Source: Tricharina praecox (taxonomy: Eukaryota). Taken from it: a DNA stretch of 64,000 bases. Under the pieces are notes generated by a model. The model saw only the letters and a list, made by a program, of their open reading frames with translations, had not been told where the DNA came from and ran no database searches. Position 1 is the stretch's first letter; each line of letters begins with the position of its first letter. Shown here piece by piece: positions 13,283 through 26,240 of the stretch. The stretch is taken from the NCBI RefSeq assembly GCF_024521635.1, contig NW_026250414.1, positions 868,001 to 932,000 on the forward strand. Reading direction: 5' to 3'. Both the position numbers and the translations under genes were made by a program.

Positions 13283-14707
13283 GTAGGGTTCGGTTTGTTT
13301 GGCCGCGGAGGGGAGGATATATGTATATTGGGCAAGCAGCAGTAGCTAGAATCACAGCAATCTCAAGCTGCAGATTGCACTCGTATAATTGTTCAATGTC
13401 AGCCATATGAACTCCTAAAAGCCATTTATTATCCACGCCAGTTGAGCAACTGTTTCCTTTTCTAGCCGTATGTACTAGGTATCGCCCTTTATACCTTACA
13501 GCCTTTTTAATTTTTCAAGCCTGGATACAGCCTTTTCACAGCCTTTTCACAGCCAAATAGAGGTTAATTACAGCCAGAAAGAATATCGGGAGCCGATTTA
13601 AATGTGTGCCCATTCACCAAAACGGGCCCTGTCCCATTACCTGTACCATAGGGACTGCGCTAGGCGTAGGAATACCACGCACACACGTAAGTTTTCCCCC
13701 GCGGAGGTTACCGATGGTGGGGGAGTTGCGCACGTCCTGGTGCGCAGCCAGTGTAAAGTTTGAACCGGGCCCCTATATATGCTTATCCCGTCCGGTCTTC
13801 ACGGAGTGAAGTCATACCACTGAAAGAAGAACTTTCTCTCAGAAGGTGAAAAAGCACTTGTGTACTTGTCGTCACCGGCGATGATTCCACGTCATGGCCA
13901 GTCAGTCAATAGTGGATATGCTTTTGAAGGCTCTGTGCCCATATATCGTCATCTCTTCCGACCTTCATCACTTGAAGTCATACCACCGGCCAGAGTTTGC
14001 TTTGTCGGGAGGTGCAGATGCACCCACGACAGTCACTTACGGGAGCAGCATCAGGCCAGATTCCTCGCCCACCTATTTGTGGCTATATCGATATCTCTTG
14101 CGGCTACGGCCTTTACGAGCTTGTATCAAGTAACGCGTACTACCGGCTAGAGTGCGTTCGGTCGAGGCGGGGTGGACCGACCGAAAAAGCATCTACCTAC
14201 CACACGTCATCTCCAACGACACTTTGCACTCATGTCACCAGTGAGAAGCCATTTCCACTGTCCAGACTAGATCCGTTTTCTGCTGCTGTTGGGCAAGGAT
14301 CCCAACGCCTGAAATCTAATGATCTCCTGCCTTCCCTCCCGCGCACTTCGAGCGGCTACGCAAGCTGAAAGTTGAGTTCCCGGTGCATTCGGGGACAGGT
14401 GGGTGGATAAAATTTCTTGCGGTGAATACGACTGATCCAAGACACGTTTGCAGCAAGCCACGAACACCTTAACGGAGAAAATTGGAGTGTGGGGCTTCAT
14501 TCCCCTGAGCATTCATGCGCGCAATACCGGCCTCCAGCCGGGCGTCACAATCATCTTACAATAGTACCACAATCCAACCAAAACATATTTTATCCAAAAC
14601 ACCAAATAAGTAAGTACACGTACAGTTCATATTTACACCCCAGCCCAGCCCAGCCCAATTCCCCCTGAACGGCCTAACGCAGAACGAAATAACATAACGC
14701 AACCCAG

Positions 14708-15392
14708 TCAACCCTGTAAGGGCTTCTCTAACGACGGATGTTTCTCCTTGATGTGCTTTTTCAAGTTATCATTTCGGTTGTAGGCTTTCCCGCATTCGGT
14801 ACACGGGAAGGACATTCCATCCTTTCCGAGGCCTCCCTTTATGGCACAATTGGAGGACGAGTTGTGCCGGGTAAAGTTTGTGGATGTGCTAAAGGTACGC
14901 TCGCACCGTTCGCACTGGAAAGGACCCCGTTTTCGGGGCCGGGGACTTTGTGGAGGTGTATAGCAGGCGTCGGTCGACTGGTAGCCGTAGGAGAGAGGTG
15001 ATCTACGAAGAGTTAGCCCTAGACTCGATGCGGGAAGCAGAGTACAGACATGCTAGAATAATCGGCACCGGCCTCCGGTGAATAGGCGTCGAAGTGCCAG
15101 CCGCTGGTGTTGGGAGATGTGCCTGGCGTGGGATATTGTGCATTGGAAATATCACAGCTTGCGGGACGCGAATCATAATGATCATAATGACCTCCAGTGG
15201 CTCGATGGTAGAAGATTACTCCTGGCTGTGGCGCTACCTTCTTGAGTAAGGGGATGGGGGCAACTGGAGTGGAAGACTTACGCCATACAATAATTCACCA
15301 CACGGGCGCTCATGATATGTCCGTCTCAGGCCTAGTGATGGCAGAGATTCGATGGCGATTTCGGAGGAGCTTGATAGCTGGTAGTGATCCAT
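14708..15392 (-). CDS. C2H2/C2HC zinc-finger protein ZF-A (~197 aa); exons 15392-15282, 15237-15050, 15002-14708; not in the ORF track
   Basis: Last exon encodes FQCERCERTFSTSTNFTRHNSSSNC..FPCTECGKAYNRNDNLKKHIKEKH; upstream exons join in frame through GTAAGT..AAG and GTCTGT..GCTAAC..TAG introns. Confidence 0.8.
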
Positions 15393-17081
15393 AATATTGG
15401 TTTTCGGAACCTATTGACCGTCGGGGAACTGGTAACAGGACGCCGTGAGAAAGACGGCTACTTATGAGCACGGAAAACTGGCAACGGGGCTTTGCCCAGA
15501 AAGCCGAGTTCCGCGCAAGACCAGCATGATTTCGATTCAGCCACCTCAGTGCTATGTGAGGCGTGAGTGTCCTGCCATGTGGTTGATTATAATACAGCGC
15601 CTGAGGAGGCCCCCTGTAACTCAGAGCTACACCGTGCACATCTAGATATCTGTCGATTCTCGAAGTCTTCGTGTCAACCCAAATGATCCAGGCTCAATCG
15701 CTTTCGAACCAACAAATATTTCCACAGACAGCGCACCTTCAATTGACGTCATGGGGGTCTGCCTGGTCTGCCCCGCCGGACAGTATGCCTCAAGAATGCG
15801 CCCCGTGGACGGGTCGCGTCGGGCTTGCCGCATCGAGAAACTGCAAACCCTCAGGTTCGCGCAGGCTCCGAGCCTTCTCTGTCGGTGGTTGGGCCGCAGC
15901 CAATAGGATTGCACGCAGAGCTGCAGCTGGGCGGAGCAACCTGAGGACGTTACGTGGCGCTTGCACCTCAGGTTCGCACTCATGCGAGACATGATTAGCT
16001 CCTGTCTGTGCGACCTTGCGCATTGCCGCCAGGCTCCGCCGCAAGTGCGCACAGATTGCGCAGATGGCACAGCATGCTGGTTGCTCAACGCGCACACCGA
16101 ACCCCCGATTGCGGGGAGCTCGTCGGCTCCTGTCATGTGTCAGCACACTCGAAAGGGTATGCGAAGGATTGGGTGTCGCGCATTGTCGGCGATTTCCCGT
16201 TTTCAGGGAGAGCATTCGCCTTGCGCTTCTTTCCGGTTGCCTTTCAGCGTTTACACCCCTGGTCCTTCCGGCTACCCATCCTACCCAGAATCATTCAGTA
16301 TTGAACTTCGATGGTTCCCTGATCATTCCTCCACAGGATTTTCTATTCCTATCGATTCCTCCAGCATTCCTCTAACTTCACCTCGTATTCCTTTCGAAGG
16401 TATAAGAGGTTCATGTGTGCAGCTGCCTTTGCGTGCACAATTCCGTCTCTTTTGCTGTTCCAACACGTCGGACCAGTTCCACCGCTGTTACGAATCGTCA
16501 GAATAACGGAGCCTCATCGGCGATACGAACGACGACCGACGCACGGCGGCCGACAAACGACGAACGACGACGCCGAACCTTCCCCCGCTGCGAATCGGAT
16601 ACGGAACTTTGCGGCGGTCATCGTCGCTATCGACGCGATAAGCGAGCCGCGCCTTTCTGGAGCTCTCTGAAGCCGTGGCGCTTGCTGTCACGAAGTCGAG
16701 TTTTGGCTTCGAACGAAAGAGCTGAACAGAGAACTTGTGAGGTGATGCGCACCTCGTGTGGCTTGCCTTGTCGGAGGAAACCGGGTTGGTGTGCTTTTGA
16801 CGGGAAGGCCGGGGGAGTGGCCTTCTCGTCTTTTGTCTATGTGGTAAGTCTTAAGCATCCGAATTCATCTTGACGAAAAATTCTAACATTTCAGAAAAAT
16901 AGTATATAAATAATAAATTCATCAATGTGACCCCGCTTATCATCAATCAATGAGCGCAATGTGGCATGACATGATTCCCATCCACATAAACTTCATACAA
17001 AACATAAATAATGATAAAGATTGACGAATTTCTACCGTCTCCCCACCTCCCTCTCCCCTTTGGTGCGTCCTCAGAGAAGCC

Positions 17082-18235
17082 TCAGTTTCGCTGCACGTTC
17101 TGCACCACATCTCTCGCATGACGATCGGCCTGGTCCTTGGTGCAACGATGCTTCAAGATCAAATGCTGGCGCAAGTTGTCCATTCTGTCCAAATAAAACC
17201 CAGCGGCATTCCCGCAGTAGCTGATTGGGCAGATGACTTTCACGCGTCCGGCGGGGTTACCGACATCGTTATGCATACTGCGCATGTGACGCTTTATCGC
17301 AGAAACTTCACGCCCACAGATTCCACACGTCTTCTTCGTGTGTTTTCGAAGTTGTCTGCCGATCAGAGGTTAGTCAGATTGCACTTATTGATGGCTAATC
17401 ATCTAGCAGCAGTTCTGGTCGGTATACACATACTTGAGACTGTTCTTCGATCGCTTCCCGTCTGGCGGAACCAGTTTCGTGACCGCCTCCCTCGCCGTGG
17501 CCGCAAATCCCACCTCAATAGCCGTGTTGATTGGGGTTCCGTGTCCGTGGTAGCTGTACTGCGTGGGCTCGTATCCGTTGTTCGGCGGCATGGGCGGGAA
17601 TTCTCCCAACCCGTTGGCGGTTGACGGACGGGAGTTGTTCAGGGAGATGGAGAGGTCGTTGAAGCCCCGAAGGGGAGATTCCGGGAAGCTGCTCGAAAAG
17701 GAATGATTGCTCGCGGAAGACATAGGCGACACGGGTGGTGTCTCGTCGGCCGTAGCGAGTGGAAGATTCTGACGATATGCGTTGCTGTTGGCGACGTGAT
17801 GGACATTGATGATGAGGCCTCCGCCGCTGCGAGTCGAGTGGGAGCTGGTAGGGCGGCTGCCTTCGCCGAACGATGGATTGGGCGTGGGAGGAGGCGTCTG
17901 CGGCTGCGTTCCCGGTGTCTGTAGATGGGGGAATCCGCGATGGCCTCCTACGGGGTGTAATCTAGTTGGATCAAAACCCTGCCGACGATAGTTAGTATCC
18001 CCGCATGCTTCTGCACACAACTACACGGAAACTATGGCTCACGTACGAGGAAGGTAGTGTTGTAGCTCTCGGCTTGTTGCAGGCAAACGTTACCGCCACC
18101 TCTGCCCCGTCCACGCACCGAGCCGGAGGGAGTATCTGCTCCAGCGGCAGAGGGGTCGGCAGGAATGACTCTGGCGACTCCGTCTGGTGCGAGTTGCCAC
18201 GACCACTCCAGACCTGAGAAGTTTTGGGATAACAT
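17082..18235 (-). CDS. C2H2 zinc-finger protein ZF-B (~335 aa); exons 18235-18047, 17978-17434, 17355-17082
   Basis: Ser/Pro-rich body; C-terminal CGICGREVSAIKRHMRSMH and CPISYCGNAAGFYLDRMDNLRQHLILKH; canonical GTACGT and GTATGT introns with CTAAC branch sites. Confidence 0.85.
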
Positions 18236-21200
18236 TGTCGAAAGTCAGAGCAACTGAAGCGTGATGGGAAGTGTATTGTATATTCGGTTGACAGGTTATG
18301 AGTGTGAGAGAAGGGCGGCGAGAGGATTGGGGGGGGAGGGGCGTATAGGATTATAATAGAAAGTTGGGTGATGTTCAATTCTATACGGCTCAATACAAGT
18401 CTAGTTGGGGGGCAGGACTGAAGCCTTTGTTCGACGTGGTTCTGGTGAAGAGGCATACCTTGCTTATCCTTGGGCGTTAGGTATAGCTTCCTCACGGCTG
18501 TGAGGTGTTGTGGTGTCCTTCCTGTGGACTGGGGATTTTGCAATGTTTATGGTATTTGGGCCTAAGACCAAGCATCCATAACCTCCGTCGACCTGAGGGA
18601 AGTTGTTGACATGGCTCTTGGGGTCTGCGCCCCCCTCAAGTTACTTTGGAACCGCTCTCCTCCCCACTGTCTGGTGTGCCGATCGGTAGCCTTTCCGCGT
18701 TGTTGGTTGGCCGTTGTGTTGCGCTGTGCGGGACCAGGTTCGTTTTTCTAGTGAGATACCGTGAGCGGCACGCCCTCGGGCGCTGCGTTATGTTCCGGCA
18801 GGAGTGTATATATGCCTCCATGGCAGCAGCACCTCGAAGTCGGGTCGGCGCCGCTGGCACATCTGTGCGAACACCGCCCCCTTGGAAGGCTTTGAGTGCT
18901 TCCAATTGGACGCCTACCTGCTCTCCGGAGCCTTGAGTTAACCGTGGAGGTAGACTTCAGGTTCGCTGGCTGCTGCGGCGCACATTCACAAGGTATGCTG
19001 GATCCAGTGCGCAGTGTGCTCACGCACAACGCGGCGGTAGTCGCAATGCCATTCGATTATTACTACTACTAGCCAAGGACTCTGGCGCAAAACTACTCAT
19101 ACTCTACTGCTTCACCGCCCAATTCCGCTGGGCGACGTTATTCATGTTCTCACGGCCACGAATACTTCAGACCTGAGTGAACCGGGGTCGGCATTTGAGG
19201 TGTGCGCGTGCGCCAGCCCGACCAACGCGCAACCGCTTGACCAGGCTGAAACTCGGCGGTGCTCTGCTCTCAGCTACAGATTAATTCAGAATCCCTTAGG
19301 CAGACTGCTAGAGTGGAGTGGAATGGCCAGTCAACGTTGATCTGAGCCACATATGGCTAGGTATGGTGACAATACTCTACGCTACCGCCGTTGACGACAA
19401 TCATAGAATATCACTCGAGAGCTGTCAAGCGTTTCTGGGTAGTCTGACACTCTGAGCCGCATGCTCTGGTGGTTAAACGAAAAAGAATCTGTTGTACTGG
19501 CGTACCTTCCAATAATTTTACCCAGCTTCTTTCCTGACCTTGCCTTAGCTTGACGATGCGTCGGCAGGGTTCTTACCCCACAGCTCCGGTTTGGAGGATA
19601 GACTGGCGTGAAAACCGAAGATCGAAAGGAGCGTCGCCGCACAGGTCGACCGGTCTCAAGTGGTGATTCTTGGAGGGTAAAGAGAGAAAACTATTCCGCA
19701 ACATAGGGCATTCGTAGGGAAAAGCAAGAAAATACGAAGGGAACTAAGCATGCAAGTTGGAAGAAAGATGTTATGCTGACCGGTATCGAAGCTGTCAACG
19801 ATTGATAGGGAATGGGAATCTTCATACGTATTTGTCTACTGGGTAAGCGGCTCAATAACCGGTTCCTGGCTGCGGCGGCATGTTGGGTTCTTATAATGTG
19901 CCCAACAGCTTCATTAAAATGTGGCCTCTCTTCCTCTATGACGAAACTTATGGCTACTAGAACGCCCATCGGCTACTCTCATGTGGGGTAATTCGAAGCT
20001 GTGGTTATTTTTTTTCCGGCTGAAACACAGCTACAATTGGACCTCTACAGGCACGCTTCCTCAATGGGATTCGCATAAGACTGCCGAAAAATTGACCGCG
20101 TCGTCTGATACGTATCAAGAAGCGCCTTACCGTTAATTTTGTGATCTCCGCCCGAGGCTGAGGCGAAATCTTCCCTCAACAGAATGTAAACCCCGCGCAA
20201 AGTTGCCCCCTCAGTCCTGTGAGGCTCAATAAAATCGCCCGCGATGAGATGGTCATCGATGACCCGACCATAGGTGCGTGTATCTGCAGCTAAAATCTAA
20301 ACCTCGTAGATACCACCACGCCCGCAGCCGTTGGGGTGTGTGCGCCAATTCTCCCAAGTTATGTGCGCAATCTGTAGGGCCATCTGTCAGGTCTCACCAT
20401 CGAAGAGCGGCTATGTGTGATGCTGTGCGCATTGCGCACCCCAGGCTGTCACCTATTCATGTGCTTCCAATAGGAATCCGAGACAGCCTATCTATGCATG
20501 CTGATGCAGCCGCAGGTCTGGTTGGACAAGCGGATAAATACTGAGAACTTCGTTATTCTATCGAACACAAGGCTCGGAATTCGAATCCTACCACCGGCAC
20601 AATTCTACTTCTCGAGGAAAATCAGCTCTACATCCCCCGGGAAAAACAATGCAAGTGTGATGGTTAGCCATAGCCATGTGCCATGCCTCTAGGCAGCAAC
20701 ATACCGCTTTCTATATCTTATCAAAAGTATGCAGGATACCTGAGGTCCGCAGTCCACACAGCCTCGTTCAGCCGCATGAAGATACCATGTATTCAGCTGT
20801 GCACTGCCAGCGCATGAAACAACCTGGAGGCGGTAGGAATCTGATAGCTGAGTTCTGTACGCGCGTAAGGTTCAAACACTAGGCCTCGTTGTCGCAGTTG
20901 CCGATTTTCAGGTCGCAGAACGAAGGGGTGGAAAGTTGGGGTGTAGTAGCCAGATTGCCACTCCCCGTCACCTGCGCGGGCTCTGAAGCATCAGATTCTT
21001 TCAAAGCTCTCGAGCTCCGTGGAATCCATAATGAAGCCACTGCACGATCTTGTTTACTTGTACTTCGTTTGGTGATAATAGGTAAGCCGGATGAACAGTC
21101 GAAGCCCCTCACCGAGTATCCTCCTGTGACCCACTCATAAATCTCTCGAAAGTCGGGCTCACCGGTGGTCCCATACAAGATTATATGTCTCACCATTGAA

Positions 21201-21860
21201 GATCCGATATGCGACGGTGTGGGAAAAGTGGAGAAATTCTCGTGAACTGCTGTAGGCCTTCTGGCAGTGGACAAGTCAGTTGAAGACATCTCAACACAAG
21301 TTCAGAGAGACACAACGTTTTGGTTCTAATTGAACGCCTCACTAACAACCTTAGCGAAGCCCAGGCGTTCGACGCGGGCAAATATATGCCGAGTCCCTCG
21401 AGTGTAATATACATATCGGGGAGACCGGTAGAATGGCCAATTGAGTTATACACCTGAATACAGCCGTCGTGGGAGAGGACGGGATGGGGCGATATCTCGC
21501 TGAGGCGTATTAGGGCGGACATTGCTAGTAGTAGGGCGGCCATTTTTAGGGTCATAGACGCTTTACCCCGGTGCGATATGACATGTCAGTTTCCAGAGAG
21601 ATCAGAGGCGCTCGGAACAGTGTTCTAGTTATCCTTAAAAGAGAACGGTGCCCATGAGCACAAAGAAATGCCCGCCAACTCTCACACGTTCGTCGTTCAT
21701 CCATTACGATCCGCCCCTGCTCGACTATCACTCGATCAAACGGAACGTCCTAGTAAGTAGGTAAGAGAAATTCCATTGCTATACTTTTGCAAATTCTTAA
21801 ACGAAGAGTCAACGAAAAAGATGATAACTTTTTCATCTTCTAGCTAGCCCGTGATTCTAT

Positions 21861-22962
21861 CTATGACTGGACCACGCCCCCGGTGAACTCTTTGCGGAAC
21901 CTCTTCGGAATAGCAACGCCGTGGACGTTGCGGAGATGCTGGGTAAGGTTGTCCTTTCGAGTGAAGCTCTGGTCACCTCTCCTCTTGCATCCAGAAATTG
22001 TACAATCGAAGGTGGCGGCGCGAGGCTCGAGAGTGGAGCCGTGCCTGTCACGCAGGTGCCGGTTCATGAGACGGACAGACCGACCGCAAAGTTGACACTT
22101 CCCGTTGGGCCGTTTTCTGATGTTCACCACGGTTAGCTTGAGTCTCCCTTGACTTTACTATGAGGTTTTGTAAAACATGCCCTACTCGATTCTGACTATT
22201 GGTTGGAGGATCAAAGCCTGTCGCGCGTGCTTGTGAATCGACCTGAGCTTCATGACTACTATCGAGGTTTCTCGCAGTCAGTGTTGCTGTCCTCAGATTA
22301 ATCTATTCAATGACCGTGCCATCAGGATGACACGTACCAGGCGATGGGGAGATGATGGGAGCTAGCCAGTGAGCTGCTGTGGGCACTGTGGGCGCCGTTG
22401 GTGGAGCCACTGTCATCATTCAGCCGTATGAAACATACCCGACTCTATGTGGGCACCTACTCATATACTTCATATTGAAGTCGCGAACCGACCGGTGGAT
22501 CGACGCCTGATGGACACTCCATACTAGAGAACGGCAGAGCTTGAAGAAACCCTGGTTGATTCCCAATCCCCAACTGACGAGGATACAGTGCTTGATTATG
22601 CGCATCTGCCTAGCGATTGTCAATATGGTCCCATCACAGAGCATCTTGTGTCAGTCCCTTTCAACATACCTGGCCGATGTGGTACCCCTTCATGAGCATT
22701 TCCTGCCGTGGTTTAGTACATGCATGTCACCATTCGCCACATTCGCTGATAGCTAGCTTACCAAACTGTCGGCTCTGTTGTGAGTGGTTGGTACAGTTGG
22801 CACCGAGGGTCTGTACCAGACACCACCGTCCCTTCCGTAGTGTTGAAAAGCAACGGTCGTCTTGAACTGCTCGTGTCCGATTGCCAGACTGTGCTGCCAA
22901 AATTCCCTATGGGAGTCGTTCGGGGGAGCGAAATCGTAGTTGAGGCTGTTGAGGGGACTCAT
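21861..22962 (-). CDS. C2H2 zinc-finger protein ZF-C, multi-exon; middle exon boundaries uncertain
   Basis: Last exon CQLCGRSVRLMNRHLRDRH..FDCTISGCKRRGDQSFTRKDNLTQHLRNVH; clear GTAAGC and GTATGT introns after exons 1 and 2 from ATG 22962. Confidence 0.7.
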
Positions 22963-24199
22963 CGTGATTCGGCTTGCAATTGCTGAAGAACTGTACGAGA
23001 GAAGAGGGCACTTAATTATAGTGGGATATATAAAATATTGTTCCAATACTTACCTTCGTGTGCTGGTTTGTCATCGAAGAAGTCAGTACGTCTTGCCTCG
23101 CACAGTACATAACTTCGGGCGGTTACCTGAGTAGTCCTTTGCTACACGAACCGACACTTTATCACTCACTATCATCATACTCGTTGCCGGGCGGAGCACC
23201 TCTGTACGTTGTGTTGAGGCTATGACCTGGCCTGAAAGGATGGTGGGCGGTGATTGGTGCCTTGTTTTTTTTTCCACTTCCTGAGTATGCTTTTTGTCCT
23301 CATGCAGTTCTTACGAAGACCCCAGCCACAAGTGCGCAGCTATTCTATCACACGTCGTCATATGTGATTGGGCCCGTCCGGAGGAGACCTACTCAGTGAT
23401 TGACAGTGAGTGAGTCACTCAAAGACATTGCTAGGACACATTTTAGTCTGCCTCGCACTCGGATCAGCGAAAACAGATGTCCGTCCGCGTGTTAGACTGA
23501 ATTTTGAACGGTGCATGGCTACCCCGAGGCCATTTCCTGATGCAGCCCGATAGTAAACATGTTCCCGGATCCGACAGTGAACTGTCTACCGACACTTGGC
23601 ATGCCGATCCTCCAGTCCTGCTACCCCATGGTGCGGTGTGTATTTTCGGAAAATAGAAATGCGAGCTAGTTGGAAGGGGTGTAATAATCCAACGCACATT
23701 CGTCGGAGAACTAGGTATTTTACCGACATACAGGCTGCGTCGATCGGCAAATACTGAGCTTTAGGTCAGTTCTATCCGTGTTCTAGTCTTCCAGGTTTCA
23801 ACAGCTTTTACGAGGCTTTGTTTGAACCTATAGATAGATCATTTGTCTGTGTAGTCCACTGCCGCCATGTTAGGTATGTGCTTACCTATTTGCGCGCCCT
23901 AGACTCCTTTACGGGCGAAGTTGAATAGGCGTAAATCGAGTTATTTCATTATCACAGCGGTTCAAATCATAGGAGCAAAGAATAATAGAGAGTAGAGCGG
24001 AACGTGGTCACGGCAGTTAAAGGGAAGCGCCTCAGACAAGCTACCGATATTGGCGCTACACGCGCGGCTGTAATCATCAGGAACCATGACAGTCTTCCGC
24101 CACACATGTGATGCACTAGTTACGCCTCACATGTTACCCGGTACAGCCTCCAACCATGTCCCGGTGGCTGAATGGTCCGTGCGTTTTATGCCCCGCCAT

Positions 24200-24212
24200 T
24201 TCCAGAACCTTC
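24200..24212. promoter_or_regulatory. Perfect three-unit heat-shock element
   Basis: TTCcaGAAccTTC, about 155 bp upstream of the CHORD gene ATG. Confidence 0.7.
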
Positions 24213-24366
24213 CACTTTGAACCCCCGGAACCAACAACAACACTCTTTAAACGTGCCCAGCTCGCTCCCGTCCCACTCCGTCGGCCCCATCACCAACCCT
24301 TTTCGCATCCGCAACACGTCAGCGACCCGGTCGACCAGTAACACAGAATCTCCCCTATACCGCGCA

Positions 24367-25453
24367 ATGTCCTCCCTAAAGTGCACTCACAAAGGCTGTG
24401 AGAAGACCTTCACCGATCCCGAGGAGACTTGCTATTACCACCCCGGAGCTCCAATTTTCCACGAGGGGCAGAAAGGTGTGTCCGCACTTTGCCTTGTCCT
24501 TCGGCGCATGTTCACAGAATTCTCTCCGCTAATCCATCACAGGCTGGCAGTGTTGCAAGCCCCGCGTTCTCAGTTTCGAAGAGTTCCTCATTATCCCGCC
24601 TTGCACCTCTGGTAAACACAGCACCACGGCGCCGACCCTCGCGCCCGCACAGACCTCTGGCCCCGGTAGCGGCAGCCAGAAACACCCCGAAGTCGCGGCA
24701 CCCACATTGAGCTCGGACGGTACCGAATCCTACGGCAGCCCGGCATCGAAACCCCTTCCCGTTGTCTCCGGGACCCCCCCTCCACCGAAAGTCGAGAAGC
24801 CGCTAGAGCAGGACCCGACCGATGCGACCATCCCCGCCGGTGCCAGGTGCAAGCGTCTCGCTTGCTCTGCCACCTACCCGGGCGGCCCCCGCAACATCAA
24901 CACGGAGAAGTGCGTGTTCCACCCGGGTGCGCCGATCTTCCACGAGGGATCGAAGGGCTACAGCTGCTGCAAGCGACGCGTGTTGGAGTTCGACGAGTTC
25001 CTCAAAATTGGTGGTTGCTCGAAGAACAGGCACCTGTACGTGGGTGAGCCGAAGAGTGAGGAGGAACAGCAGCACATCGACTGTCGCAACGACTTTTACC
25101 AGACCTATGGTAACGTCATCGTCTCGATTTTTGCAAAGAAGGTGGATAAGGAGAAAGCTGTCATCCAGTTTTCTGAGCGCGAGCTGAGCGTGGATCTGCC
25201 CATGCCCGAGAACAAGAGGTTCAAGGTTATGTATCCACTGTATGGGCCGATTGATCCCAATGGCTCGACATTCAAGGTGATGGGTACAAAGGTGGAGCTG
25301 AATCTCAAGAAAGGTGGGCTCTTCTGTTAATCTTTGTGGGGTTTAAATGCCTAATGTATCGCCGACACAGCCAACGGTATTAGTTGGCCCACGCTCAGAA
25401 GCGATGAGGCGACTAACGAGATCATCCAAATCGGAAAACCTGCGACCGCTTAA
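24367..25453 (+). CDS. CHORD-CHORD-CS Hsp90 co-chaperone (CHORDC1/Rar1/melusin family); introns 24476-24542, 25314-25370
   Basis: Two CHORD motifs ([26 protein letters not shown] and [26 protein letters not shown]) followed by a CS domain (RNDFYQT..KVELNLKK-ANGISWPTL). Confidence 0.95.
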
Positions 25454-25719
25454 GCCCGTCTTCCATCTATCTCCTGGTTTCGAGCGGTTTTTTACCGGAT
25501 GTCACTGGCACATAGTAGAGGGATTTGTTTTGACGGGATTGTTTGCTTCTTTCGATGGTTGGGTTTAGGTTTCCCATACACTGCTGGCGTTAGAGAGCGT
25601 TCGAATAAAGCCTTTGTGTTTCCTTTTCAAAATTGTTGTCTTTTGGACGAGTGGTACTTAACACGGAAGACGAAGCTGCCACTAGATGAACCGGTTATTG
25701 AATCCTACTCCTTGCCTAG

Positions 25720-26170
25720 AAGTTTCGATCTACAGCATCCCGTCCCGCAGCCTTCCAGCTAGACACCCAGTCGTCGAGAGTAGGGTGCTCCAACCGGTTA
25801 GGGAGTACATACATCTTGTAATCTTCATATTAATCCCAACGGAGAAGCAGGAACTAGAGGAGACAGGATCAAGATGCCATATAGTTATACGAATGGAAAC
25901 GGTCGCATGGAATTATGACAAAGCGAAGGGGGTCACGGACTCACGGTATCCAGCCGTCCAAGATTTAGCCACGCACGACTCGCCACATCTCGGGGCCAAC
26001 ATCCACACCAACGCGGTAGAAATCACGATAGGGCACAAGGTCCGGAAACCTCAATGATTTCGCAAGAATGGATCAGTCGCCATGATAAACCAGCCAGATA
26101 GCGCGGCAGCCTGCTGGGCGTAGCTTGCGATGGGAGCGCCGAACATGCGCCGCTTGAGATGGACCGCGTG
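25720..26170 (-). pseudogene. Decayed coding remnant of unknown family
   Basis: Coding-like frames (FPDLVPYRDFYRVGVDVGPEMWRVVRG*..; FLLLRWD*YEDYKMYVLPNRLEHPTLDDW) broken by TAA stops, with a GTGAGT..CTAG intron-like segment. Confidence 0.3.
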
Positions 26171-26174
26171 CCGG

Positions 26175-26240
26175 GAGATGATGATCACGGGAGAGAGATG
26201 ATGATCACGGGAGAGAGATGATGATCACGGGAGAGAGATG
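26175..26240. repeat. 20-bp minisatellite x3
   Basis: (gagatgatgatcacgggaga)3. Confidence 0.9.

Noticed and set aside
20879-21555. 136-aa and 121-aa minus-strand ORFs between ZF-B and ZF-C
   Set aside because: No zinc finger or other motif and no consistent exon chain
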